64,000 nt of DNA from Candidatus Saganbacteria bacterium (lineage in GTDB: Bacteria; Margulisbacteria; WOR-1; JAKLHX01), in contig JAPLKZ010000010.1 of NCBI GenBank assembly GCA_026387835.1, positions 65,872-129,871 on the forward strand, in the 5' to 3' direction. The notes beneath the pieces were generated by a model. It saw only the letters and a program-made list of their open reading frames with translations, was not told the origin of the DNA and did no database searches. Position numbers and translations under genes: made by a program. Below are positions 1 through 8,832 of the stretch, in pieces; position 1 is the stretch's first letter; each line of letters begins with the position of its first letter.

Positions 1-749
1 TCGAGTACATCCAAAAGCCGGGTCCTGCTTTTGATCTTTTTAAATAACGTATCGATCCTTGACCTGTATGTACCGCGCATTTTATCGCTCATCCTGACGG
101 TTATGCTTTTGTCCTGGCAAAGGCTTAAAACAGGAGATCCGCCGTTCATGACCGAGATAAGATAATCATAATGGTATCTAGCGTTATGGAAATTGGGAAG
201 GGGCATTTCTAATCTTTTATACGGGACAAGGTCCAATATCCTTCCGAATACCGCGATCGAATCTCCCAGTGACCTCGCCGCTTCAATCCGCATTGACTGC
301 GGGATACTGCTGAATCTTTCAAAAATAAAAATATTCCCGGGAATGAAGTTCATCGCCCTCCACGGGGATCCCTTCCTGTCAAATAAGATCACATTGTCTG
401 AACCAATACCTGCTGCCTTAAAAACAATGTCCTTCCAATGGACCGGCAGATCCCCCTGGCTTCTTGCCCGGGCTTGGGCATCTATGAATAATCGGAGATT
501 GGCTGCGATAGCTTTGGGGTTGAACACTTGCCCGAGGTTTTGGACAACAAACCTTCTCGTTTCGCTTGCCTTATCCGTCTCCGCCACGATCCAGGTCCTG
601 TTTATATGCCCTGTCACATCCTGGACAACTGAACATGCCGGTATATTCAACGGCCTTCCCAAAGCGAACCTGTCCGCTTGTTTTAAGACCAGCGATCTTG
701 TCGGACGGTCGACAGCGCTAAAAACCACATCGGATCTTATCTTTGACAT
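1..749 (-). CDS. Hypothetical protein; C-terminus lies beyond the window start, and the gene is absent from the ORF track because it is edge-truncated
   Basis: Manual minus-strand translation gives one uninterrupted frame from about 899 down to position 1 (...MSKIRSDVVFSAVDRPTRSLVLKQADRFALGRPLNIPACSVVQDVTGHINRTWIVAETDKASETRRFVVQNLGQVF...GIGSDNVILFDRKGSPW...LISVMNGGSPVLSLCQD...) with no stop. Candidate ATG starts at 749 (preceded by aggaacgag) or 803. No family recognised. Confidence 0.35.
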   Translation of the reverse strand, partial: MSKIRSDVVFSAVDRPTRSLVLKQADRFALGRPLNIPACSVVQDVTGHINRTWIVAETDKASETRRFVVQNLGQVFNPKAIAANLRLFIDAQARARSQGDLPVHWKDIVFKAAGIGSDNVILFDRKGSPWRAMNFIPGNIFIFERFSSIPQSMRIEAARSLGDSIAVFGRILDLVPYKRLEMPLPNFHNARYHYDYLISVMNGGSPVLSLCQDKSITVRMSDKMRGTYRSRIDTLFKKIKSRTRLLDVL

Positions 750-853
750 AAATATCTCGTTCCTGAAAAATATATCTTTACAAATATGTATCGAACGCAT
801 TTCAGTAAAATTGCAGCTGATTTTTAGAACAGAAAATAACAGCGGGGTTTTGT

Positions 854-1336
854 TTAATTCAACTCGCCGTCCGGCGGCAGGTCCCTGAAATCGTCCATCG
901 GCCCCTCTAAGCCTTCCGGGGGAAGCTCCTCTCCGATGACACCCATCCCGACCATCGTATCAGCGACATACCTGAAAGGAGGATATGCCTGTTTTTTAGT
1001 GTCGGGGATTATCTTGATTATCCTGTTCGTGCTGTGGAGTTCATAAAGGGTCTGGTCCTCCTTTATTTTTTTAACCCTGAGGTAGTCTACGGAGCTTACA
1101 TTAATGTATATGCGGCCGTTCAAAAATAATGTGGGGTCCTCGGAGTTGGAAGAAACGCGCATTATGAAGCCTTTGCCTTTATTTACGACCCTTTCGCCTT
1201 CGACTTCGTAGTACGTGACAAATCCCAGGTCCCACAAAAGGTTCATGATATCCCTTTTAGCATAGATGATCCCGTCATTGACGATAAACTGGAGGTCTTT
1301 TTTCTTATTATTGTCAGGTCGATTGTTCATGTTCAT
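854..1336 (-). CDS. Hypothetical protein, 160 aa
   Basis: ORF track. Acidic Pro-rich C-terminus, no recognisable motif. Lies immediately downstream of trpF on the same strand. Confidence 0.4.
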   Translation of the reverse strand: MNMNNRPDNNKKKDLQFIVNDGIIYAKRDIMNLLWDLGFVTYYEVEGERVVNKGKGFIMRVSSNSEDPTLFLNGRIYINVSSVDYLRVKKIKEDQTLYELHSTNRIIKIIPDTKKQAYPPFRYVADTMVGMGVIGEELPPEGLEGPMDDFRDLPPDGELN

Positions 1337-1343
1337 CTTTTGT

Positions 1344-1964
1344 TTATATTATACAGCCGCCTTTTGCGATTGCAATGACCGTTTTCATTTTTTTTGCACT
1401 TTTCCTGCCGGGCAATATTTCGACCCCGCTTGAGATATCGACCGCGTACGGCCTGACCGTTTTTATTGCCGGGGAAAGATTTTTTTCATCAAGACCTCCC
1501 GAAAGTATGACCGGGATGCCGTACTTTTTCGCTTTTTTCGCAAGGCTCCAGTCAAACGTCTTTCCTGTCCCGCCGTACTTGTCTTTTGAATAAGCATCGA
1601 GAAGTATCGCGCTCACTTTATATTTTTTGATCTTCAGAAGGTCTTTTTCGTTTTTTATCCTTACCGCTTTGATCATCCTTGATCTTATTTTTTTACAGTA
1701 TGAAGGCGTTTCATCCCCGTGCAGCTGCACAAGATCAAGCCCGCAGGCCCTGACGGTCCTGTTTACCCTTTCAGCGCCTTCATTGACGAACACTCCGACC
1801 CTTATGATACGCCAGGGAAGCTTCAGTACTATTTCTTTTGCTTTTTCAGGGGATATTTTCCTGGGGCTTTTTGCAAAAACGAAACCGAGCGCGTCGGCGC
1901 CCAGGGCAGCCGCGTCAAGAGCGTCTTTCAGGTTGGTTATCCCGCAGATTTTAACCTTTGTCAC
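1344..1964 (-). CDS. trpF: Phosphoribosylanthranilate isomerase
   Basis: N-terminal MTKVKICGIT, LHGDE and C-terminal PVILSGGL are classic PRAI (TIM-barrel) motifs. Confidence 0.85.
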   Translation of the reverse strand: MTKVKICGITNLKDALDAAALGADALGFVFAKSPRKISPEKAKEIVLKLPWRIIRVGVFVNEGAERVNRTVRACGLDLVQLHGDETPSYCKKIRSRMIKAVRIKNEKDLLKIKKYKVSAILLDAYSKDKYGGTGKTFDWSLAKKAKKYGIPVILSGGLDEKNLSPAIKTVRPYAVDISSGVEILPGRKSAKKMKTVIAIAKGGCII

Positions 1965-2728
1965 GAGACGAGCTCTTTGACTGTTTCCCCTATGTCATGG
2001 GACCTCATCAGTTCCTCTCCCATCAGGACAGCATTGACGCCGGCCTTTTTCAGGGCCCTGATATCTTCCCTGCTCTTTATTTTAGGGACGAGTTTTATCA
2101 GATCAAGCGTTGTGCCGATATCGACGTTGAACGTATTGAGGTCGCGGTTGTTGATGCCGATAATTAAAGGGCGCGCGGCGCTTGGGGCCGGGCTCATAAA
2201 TATGTCGGCAACCCTCGACAATTCTTCTTTGGTATGGACCTCGATGACCGCGCTCATTTCAAGCTGCCTTGTCAGATCAGAAAAGGAGTCAAGCTGGTCG
2301 TCCGACAGGACCGCGGCGATAAGAAGTACCGCGTCGGCGCCGAAAGCGCGGGCTTCGAATATCTGGTATTCGTCGATAATAAAATCCTTGCGGAGCACAG
2401 GGATGTCCACATTTTGCGCCACGTTCGCGAGATCTTTTATGCTGCCGCCGAAATATTTTTCATCCGTGAGGACCGATACTGCCGAGGCTCCCGACCTTTC
2501 ATATTCTTTCGCGATCGCCACCGGATCAAAGTCTTCTTTTATCACGCCTGCCGAAGGGGAAGCTTTTTTCACTTCGGCGATCAGCGACACCGGTTTTGAC
2601 ACGGCCTTTGCAAAGTCTTTCGGTTTTTTTGCAAGATCGATAAGCTCCAGGAAATCGCTGATGTCGGTTTCCCTGTCCTTTATCGATATCTCAAGATTCT
2701 TGTTTGCCACTATCTCATCGAGTATCAT
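1961..2728 (-). CDS. trpC: Indole-3-glycerol phosphate synthase
   Basis: LIAEVKKASPSAG, DFIIDEYQIFEARAFGADAVLLIAA and INNRDL motifs of IGPS. 4-nt overlap with trpF. Confidence 0.85.
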   Translation of the reverse strand: MILDEIVANKNLEISIKDRETDISDFLELIDLAKKPKDFAKAVSKPVSLIAEVKKASPSAGVIKEDFDPVAIAKEYERSGASAVSVLTDEKYFGGSIKDLANVAQNVDIPVLRKDFIIDEYQIFEARAFGADAVLLIAAVLSDDQLDSFSDLTRQLEMSAVIEVHTKEELSRVADIFMSPAPSAARPLIIGINNRDLNTFNVDIGTTLDLIKLVPKIKSREDIRALKKAGVNAVLMGEELMRSHDIGETVKELVS

Positions 2729-2793
2729 AATAAAAACTATATATTAGTTGTTTGAGAGATTCAAGCAAGATATAATCAGGAAAGCTTATAACA

Positions 2794-3708
2794 ATGACAT
2801 ACCACACCAGCGTCCTATTAAAAGAAACTATTGGACTGCTAAACCCGCGGCCTGCGGGCTTTTGGGTGGACGCCACCGCGGGAGCGGGAGGTCATTCCGC
2901 AGAGATCCTTAAAAGGATCGTCCCCGGCGGAAAACTCATCCTGCTCGACAAAGACAGCGACGCGATAAAAGAAGCGGAAAAGAACCTCAGGGAATATGAC
3001 GGCCACACGATCTTTGTCAACGATAGTTTCTCGGACCTGCGAACGATCCTGTTCTCCATGAACATCGCGTCGATAAACGGCGCTTTGTTCGATCTGGGCG
3101 TCTCGTCTTTCCAGATCGATACTCCCGAAAAAGGGTTCAGCTTCATGAGGGAAGGTCCGCTTGATATGAGGATGGATAAAAGGAACCCCCTGACCGCCGG
3201 ATCGGTCGTCAACGACTACCGCGAAGAGGAACTGGTAAATATTATCAGAGAATTCGGCGAGGAGCGTTTTGCAAAAAGGATCGCGTCAAATATTGTAAAA
3301 CATAGACCGTTAAACACTACAAAAGAGCTTGCCGCTGTGATACAGAAATCGGTCCCCTTCAAGAACAAGATCGACAGCGTGGTCCGTGTTTTTCAGGCGG
3401 TACGCATTGAAGTCAACGGTGAACTTGACGATCTGAAAAGCGGCCTGAAACAGGCCGCGGGCCTTCTTGAAAAAGGGGGCAGGATCGCGGTATTATCTTA
3501 CCATAGCCTTGAGGACAGGATCGTCAAGAACTTTTTCAGGGAAGAAGCGTCCGGCTGCATCTGCGACAAGAGAATGCCCGCGTGCACGTGCGGCCATCAG
3601 AAAAGCTTGGATATATTGACAAAAAAACCTGTGCCGCCGAGCGACGATGAGATCAAGGCGAACCCGCGCTCAAGAAGCGCGAAACTGAGGGCTGCTGAAA
3701 AAATATGA
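2794..3708 (+). CDS. rsmH: 16S rRNA (cytosine1402-N4)-methyltransferase RsmH/MraW
   Basis: MTYHTSVLLKE..., the DATAGAGGHS SAM motif, and a C-terminal ANPRSRSAKLR tail typical of MraW. Confidence 0.9.
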   Translation: MTYHTSVLLKETIGLLNPRPAGFWVDATAGAGGHSAEILKRIVPGGKLILLDKDSDAIKEAEKNLREYDGHTIFVNDSFSDLRTILFSMNIASINGALFDLGVSSFQIDTPEKGFSFMREGPLDMRMDKRNPLTAGSVVNDYREEELVNIIREFGEERFAKRIASNIVKHRPLNTTKELAAVIQKSVPFKNKIDSVVRVFQAVRIEVNGELDDLKSGLKQAAGLLEKGGRIAVLSYHSLEDRIVKNFFREEASGCICDKRMPACTCGHQKSLDILTKKPVPPSDDEIKANPRSRSAKLRAAEKI

Positions 3709-3980
3709 GGAACAAAATATTTATTTTCTTTTTTTTGGTGTTCTCAATGGCGATAGTCCATCTCATGATCTACACCAAGACCGCCGAGCTGGGTTACGCG
3801 GCCGGCGAAAACAAGAACGCTTTGAACGAGATAAGGAGCGAAAACAGGACCCTTGCGGCTCAGGCGGCAAGGGAGGAATCACTTGACAGGATAGAGCAGA
3901 TCGCGAAGACCAGACTGAAAATGGTCGTCCCCGGAAAAATAAGGTACATCCTTGTGACCGGAGAGAGCCTCTCTGAATGA
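3705..3980 (+). CDS. ftsL: FtsL-like cell-division protein (single TM helix plus coiled-coil)
   Basis: 91 aa with one N-terminal TM helix and a coiled-coil region. Overlaps the rsmH stop by 4 nt, in the canonical dcw position. Confidence 0.55.
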   Translation: MRNKIFIFFFLVFSMAIVHLMIYTKTAELGYAAGENKNALNEIRSENRTLAAQAAREESLDRIEQIAKTRLKMVVPGKIRYILVTGESLSE

Positions 3981-4001
3981 CCGCACAGTCCTGCGGCCGG
4001 A

Positions 4002-4898
4002 TCACATCCGCCCGCTATCCTCTCCTATCCTGAAGCCGAACATCTGCGTATTTTTTGAATCCGGATTGATTATCACGGCATAATCCAAAGTGACATAAGG
4101 AAAAGTCGCGGTCGCTCCGGCGCTGTACCGGTCCTTTGTCCAGCCCCCGCGCACTATCAGGCCGTTCGTCAGTTTGAACTCCGCGCCGTAATGCATATAA
4201 ATAGTGGCGCCCTTTTCTGATTTCAAGTCCCTGAACTCCGCGTCAACTGCCAATATGCTGTCTTTTGACGCGGCGGGGTTCATCGCCGCCCCTAATCTCA
4301 CCGTCGAACTGACGGGGGCCGTATTTTTGACAAGGTCCTGGAACAGTACCCCGACATTGATCTCCGCCATCAAAGGAGCTTTGATGCCCGCGTCAAGGGT
4401 CCAGCCTTTATCATCACCGCCGGCAAGCGACCACGCGATGTTCTTGAACGTGACGCCCCACGATACTTTGTTGTTTCCCTTTGTCCCGAATGAAAAACCG
4501 GTGACCGAGACCTTTTGCCCGGTCTTGTCCCACCTGTTCCAGTTGGCAAAACCCGCCTGACTTGTAGCGACCGCGTAACAGTCATTGACGTCATAGGAAT
4601 CGGTGTTCATGTCAAGATATCCCCGCGTATATTGCGCCTTTGCATCCGAAAGGCCGGCGGGATTATAAAATATGGCGTCACTGTCATCGGCCACCGCGGT
4701 GAACGCGCCGCCCATGCCGATAGGCCGCACTCCGAAACCGTCTTTTAGGACGGATTCAAGATAAGTATCGGCAAATGAAGGTTTAGATATAGATAGCAAG
4801 ATCACTATAACAAAAAAACAAACGGACCTGAAATATTTTTCTTCTCTAACTGCGAACTGCGAATTACGAACTGCTTTTTTCGAGTTTGTCTTAATCAT
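4002..4898 (-). CDS. Outer-membrane beta-barrel protein with a FadL/PorV-type N-terminal motif
   Basis: Signal peptide followed by GMGGAFTAVADDSDAIFYNPAGL (a G-G-A-A-DD-A-NPAGL motif) and alternating amphipathic strands ending in an aromatic residue. Paralogue of the 23428-24597 gene. Confidence 0.6.
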   Translation of the reverse strand: MIKTNSKKAVRNSQFAVREEKYFRSVCFFVIVILLSISKPSFADTYLESVLKDGFGVRPIGMGGAFTAVADDSDAIFYNPAGLSDAKAQYTRGYLDMNTDSYDVNDCYAVATSQAGFANWNRWDKTGQKVSVTGFSFGTKGNNKVSWGVTFKNIAWSLAGGDDKGWTLDAGIKAPLMAEINVGVLFQDLVKNTAPVSSTVRLGAAMNPAASKDSILAVDAEFRDLKSEKGATIYMHYGAEFKLTNGLIVRGGWTKDRYSAGATATFPYVTLDYAVIINPDSKNTQMFGFRIGEDSGRM

Positions 4899-4921
4899 TT
4901 TCTATATTGTATACTATTAGC

Positions 4922-6367
4922 ATGTCCTCTTCAAACAAAAAAGTACGGGTCAGATTCGCCCCAAGCCCCACCGGTTATCTTCACGTCGGAGGGGCAAGGA
5001 CCGCGCTTTATAACTGGCTGTTCGCAAGGAAGATGAAAGGTGATTTTATCCTCAGAATAGAGGACACCGACAAGGCCCGCTCCACCCAGGACGCCACGCA
5101 GGCGATACTCGACGGGCTCGAGTGGCTCGGAATGGACTGGGACGAAGGCCCTTTTTACCAGACAGAGAGGCTTGATATCTACCGAGAGTACGCGCAGAAG
5201 CTTCTTGAAGAAGGAAAAGCTTATTACTGTTTTTGCACCGGTGAAGAGCTTGCCGCCCAGAGAAAAGAAGCCCGGGAAAAAAAGGAAGCTCCCCGTTACA
5301 ACGGAAAATGCAGGAAACTCACGGCCGACGAGCAAAAGAAACTTATAGCCGGCGGAAAACCCGCTGTCCTGAGGTTCAAGACCCCGGTCGAAGGAACGAC
5401 CATCGTCGATGATCTTATAAGAGGCCCCGTAAAATTCGAAAATGGCCTGCTTGATGATTTTGTGATACTTAAGACCGACACTTTTCCCACGTACAATTTC
5501 GCGGCGGTCATAGACGACCACTTGATGGAGATCACGCATGTTATCCGCGGCGACGACCATCTTTCAAATACCCCGCGGCAGATCCTTATGTACCGGGCTT
5601 TAGGGTTTGATCTGCCAAAGTTCGCCCATATCCCGATGATACTCGGAAAGGACAAAGCAAGGATGAGCAAGCGCCACGGCGCGACTTCGGTAATAGATTA
5701 TAAAGGCCTGGGTTATCTGCCGGAAGCCATGATCAACTATCTCGCGCGGCTCGGATGGGGCCACGCGGACCAGGAAATATTTTCAAGGGAAGAACTGATC
5801 GATCTGTTCACTCTTGAAAAGGTTAACAAGACTTCCGCGGTGTTCGACACTGACAAGCTTGACTGGCTGAACGCGCACTACATAAGGCAGTCGCTGCCGG
5901 AGAGGCTCATGGACCTCACAAGGCCTTTCCTTGAAAAGGCGTACCCTTCTTACACTGAACTGTCAAAAACAAAGGGAGGGATCGACCATATCAGAAAGAT
6001 AATCGTCTGCCTGCAGGACAGGATGAAGACGGTGAACGAGGTCGTAGCTCTCTCGGATTTCTTTTTCAGCGATGAATTGAAGTTCGATCCCGCGGCCGTG
6101 CAGAAACACCTTAAAGAAGAAGGGGTAGCGGACATCCTCTCAAGGCTGAAAGAAGGACTTTCAAAGGTCTCCCCTTTCACAAAAGATAACATCGAGCCCG
6201 TTTTCAGGAATTTAGCAAAAGAACTCGGCGTAAAGGCCGGAAAAGTGATCCACCCTGCGCGGGTCGCGCTCACCGGAAGGTCGGATTCCCCGCCGATGTT
6301 CGACACCGTCGAGATCATCGGGAAAGAGACCTCGATAAAGAGACTTGAAGCCGCCCTCGCGAAATAA
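4922..6367 (+). CDS. gltX: Glutamate--tRNA ligase
   Basis: SPTGYLHVGGARTALYNWLFAR (HIGH region) and KMSKRHG (KMSKS). The ATG at 4922 is preferred over the upstream TTG at 4907. Confidence 0.9.
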   Translation: MSSSNKKVRVRFAPSPTGYLHVGGARTALYNWLFARKMKGDFILRIEDTDKARSTQDATQAILDGLEWLGMDWDEGPFYQTERLDIYREYAQKLLEEGKAYYCFCTGEELAAQRKEAREKKEAPRYNGKCRKLTADEQKKLIAGGKPAVLRFKTPVEGTTIVDDLIRGPVKFENGLLDDFVILKTDTFPTYNFAAVIDDHLMEITHVIRGDDHLSNTPRQILMYRALGFDLPKFAHIPMILGKDKARMSKRHGATSVIDYKGLGYLPEAMINYLARLGWGHADQEIFSREELIDLFTLEKVNKTSAVFDTDKLDWLNAHYIRQSLPERLMDLTRPFLEKAYPSYTELSKTKGGIDHIRKIIVCLQDRMKTVNEVVALSDFFFSDELKFDPAAVQKHLKEEGVADILSRLKEGLSKVSPFTKDNIEPVFRNLAKELGVKAGKVIHPARVALTGRSDSPPMFDTVEIIGKETSIKRLEAALAK

Positions 6368-6433
6368 TCGTTCCGGACATTTTCCCTGAAATTTCCCGAT
6401 AAATATACCGATAAATTATTAGAGGTAATTTTT

Positions 6434-7813
6434 GTGGCTAACGTATGCGGTCTTGTCCCGCAAGGAATAAGCTTGTTTGAGAACAAAGCAAACACATCGT
6501 TGCGGCTGAGAGGATATAGAACCACTTTTCTATCCAGGCTTGTGGAGAATAATTTGGTCTTTTCCGAAAAAGCTTTGATGCGGGACCAGAGGTCCATAGG
6601 CCTGCGGAAATGGTTCCTGGAAAGCGGCTGCTCGTCATTTTCCGATGATGTCGCGGATGCGGCCAAGGCGGATGTCATTGTAGCGCAGCGGCCTTCCTCA
6701 AGAGATGTTGAAGAACAACTGTTTTACAGGAGTATTGTGAATGCGGCACGGTCTGAGTGTGTTTTTATCCATCCTATAAACAGTATAAATGTCAGGAATA
6801 TGCTCAATTTTGTTTTCCCTTACGACAAAAAAGCCGGAGAAAATAAATATCTATCGGTCACCGAATGTGACTCGCAAGTCTCAAGGGTCAGATTCGACGA
6901 AATGCAGCAAAACACGGCAATATCGGCAGCTATGGCCGAAACACCTCCCTCGGGCTTTATCTTCGCGGAGAGATTTAACCTTGCGCTTTTGAACCCGGGC
7001 GGAATAATATCTGCACTTGAGGACCCAAATCTGAACCGATTATTCGAGGAGGCAGGAGCAAATGCAGGCGGGACCGCTATATGTTTCAGCCCTCACGCTG
7101 ACGACTTTCCTATAGCGGCGGCAGGATTAGGGATGCATCTGCGATCCAAAGGCTGGAATGTCTTTGATCTTGTGCTCACGCTTGGCCATATGGGGATACT
7201 CGATGATTACGCAAAAAGACATGAGGAGACATCGGACAGAGACCTGATGGCCACAAAATTGAGGATCAGGACTGAAGAACTTGAAAGATCGGATAAGCTT
7301 CTGGGAATAAACGGCTGGAAGCTTCTCAGCCTCGGATTTTATGACCGGAGAAAAACCGACGGCCCTGACATTGGCAGACGCGTCGTATTCTCAGAAGATG
7401 AAGAACAAGCAAGTAAAGCTGTTGACAGTTTCTCGCGCACGGTTAACCTTGCATTTATACCGCATCAGGCGGACATGAACTGGGACCACATCGCCACTAG
7501 AAATATCTCTTTAAAGATCCTCAGCCGGGTTGCTAGCCGGCAGGGCCATCCGATAGTCCTTGCTTCGTATCCGTCCCCGTGGTTCACCGGATATCCTCCA
7601 ATAAACTCTCTTCTTTATTATCGGGCGGACAACGATTTCGCCGGGATGTATCCCTCGGCTTATTACGCGCAGCTCGCCCTCGCTGAAGCGGGCAGGGAAT
7701 TAGCGGCGGGGCTGAATCCGCCGCCGCTAGAATATTTTTGTGAAGCACAGCCCAACGCGGGCCGCGTGATGGCAGAGGGCTTTTATATCGCGACCGCAGA
7801 GGCATTAAGATGA
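6434..7813 (+). CDS. LmbE/PIG-L-family deacetylase-like protein with a roughly 200-aa N-terminal extension
   Basis: TAICFSPHADDFPIAAAGLGMHL matches the [AS]PHPDDE-G-GG zinc-deacetylase signature (here HADDF). The frame opens at a GTG, so the true start is uncertain; internal Met codons sit at about 6578 and 6803. Confidence 0.5.
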   Translation: MANVCGLVPQGISLFENKANTSLRLRGYRTTFLSRLVENNLVFSEKALMRDQRSIGLRKWFLESGCSSFSDDVADAAKADVIVAQRPSSRDVEEQLFYRSIVNAARSECVFIHPINSINVRNMLNFVFPYDKKAGENKYLSVTECDSQVSRVRFDEMQQNTAISAAMAETPPSGFIFAERFNLALLNPGGIISALEDPNLNRLFEEAGANAGGTAICFSPHADDFPIAAAGLGMHLRSKGWNVFDLVLTLGHMGILDDYAKRHEETSDRDLMATKLRIRTEELERSDKLLGINGWKLLSLGFYDRRKTDGPDIGRRVVFSEDEEQASKAVDSFSRTVNLAFIPHQADMNWDHIATRNISLKILSRVASRQGHPIVLASYPSPWFTGYPPINSLLYYRADNDFAGMYPSAYYAQLALAEAGRELAAGLNPPPLEYFCEAQPNAGRVMAEGFYIATAEALR

Positions 7814-7890
7814 GAAAGGTAATATTCAAAAATGAAAGGAGGGGTTTTTGATCGTCCGGTTCCAAAATATTTACAAGGAGGAAATAAATA

Positions 7891-8808
7891 ATGTCTGCAA
7901 AAATTTCGCTTATTCAGGAGGGTTTTCCGGTAAGTCCGGCTTTAAAACCTCAGCTTAAATGTTTGAGAATGAACGGGATGAACGTTGTCATTGCACCCAA
8001 CAGAAGGGTGATGGGAGAGGCGGCAGCTTTTGCTCTTCAACATTTTGTAGACCTTCATCTGACCAGACACGTCTCATGGGCGGGAATCTTTGCCGCAGCG
8101 CCTTCACAGGATGATGTGTACAGTTCGCTTGTCGGAAACAAGGCATTCCCTTGGGGTTCCATGAGAGCCGCGTTCCAGATGGACGAGTACGCGACACTTC
8201 CGCCGACCGATAAAAAAAGCTTCAGATGGTACCATAATACCCATCTATGGGGGGAACTGTCATCACAAGGAAGAGCGATCGATCCTGCAAAGATATCCCA
8301 AATCAAAGGAGAGAATCCGGACCCGTCATCGATGGCAAGAATTTATGCGTCCTTGCTAAAAAGTTCCCGTCCCGAGTTCGTGCAGGGCGGTTTCGGAGAA
8401 GTGAACGCACACATCGCTTTCAACGATCCTCCACTTGCAAAGTTCGAGGATCCGGAACTGGTGAAGGTCATTGACATCGCGCCTGAAGCAAAAGCCCAGC
8501 AGGTGGCCGAGGGACATTATAAAAGACCCGAAGATGTTCCTCTGGCGTTGACCCTGACCATACCGGCCCTGACGCGCGGGATAAAATACTGGTCGTGCGT
8601 CGTCCCTACAGAAAGAAAGGCACTGGCTGTGCGTAACGCATTATTTGAACCGGTTTCTGAAAAATTCCCTGGCAGTATTCTAAGACTTGCGGGAACATCC
8701 CGGTACGAACTCGAAAGGATGACATCATGCCTGTTCCTTGAACCCGGCTCGGCAAGCTTGATAAAGGATGATGTCGATGCTTTTTATAGGACCGTTGTAG
8801 CACAATAA
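7891..8808 (+). CDS. NagB/6-phosphogluconolactonase-family sugar-phosphate deaminase/isomerase-like protein
   Basis: FQMDEYATLP and GGFGEVNAHIAFNDP resemble the MDEY and GxGxNGHIAFNEP motifs of glucosamine-6-P deaminase and its relatives. Confidence 0.55.
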   Translation: MSAKISLIQEGFPVSPALKPQLKCLRMNGMNVVIAPNRRVMGEAAAFALQHFVDLHLTRHVSWAGIFAAAPSQDDVYSSLVGNKAFPWGSMRAAFQMDEYATLPPTDKKSFRWYHNTHLWGELSSQGRAIDPAKISQIKGENPDPSSMARIYASLLKSSRPEFVQGGFGEVNAHIAFNDPPLAKFEDPELVKVIDIAPEAKAQQVAEGHYKRPEDVPLALTLTIPALTRGIKYWSCVVPTERKALAVRNALFEPVSEKFPGSILRLAGTSRYELERMTSCLFLEPGSASLIKDDVDAFYRTVVAQ

Positions 8809-8832
8809 GACCGGCAGCTAGTCGATAGATAT

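Noticed and set aside
571-717. Short minus-strand frame with an attractive CPGCD (CxxC) motif
   Set aside because: Bounded by stops at 718-720 and 571-573 with no Met. A 49-codon chance ORF overlapping the real minus-strand gene in another frame.
193-888. Plus-strand 231-aa ORF at the window start
   Set aside because: Low-complexity translation, no start context, and fully antisense to a cleaner uninterrupted minus-strand frame. Treated as a shadow ORF.
4907-4921. TTG start for gltX (MYTIS...)
   Set aside because: The ATG at 4922 (MSSSNKKVRVRFAPSPTG) is directly followed by the conserved N-terminus. The TTG adds only 5 residues.
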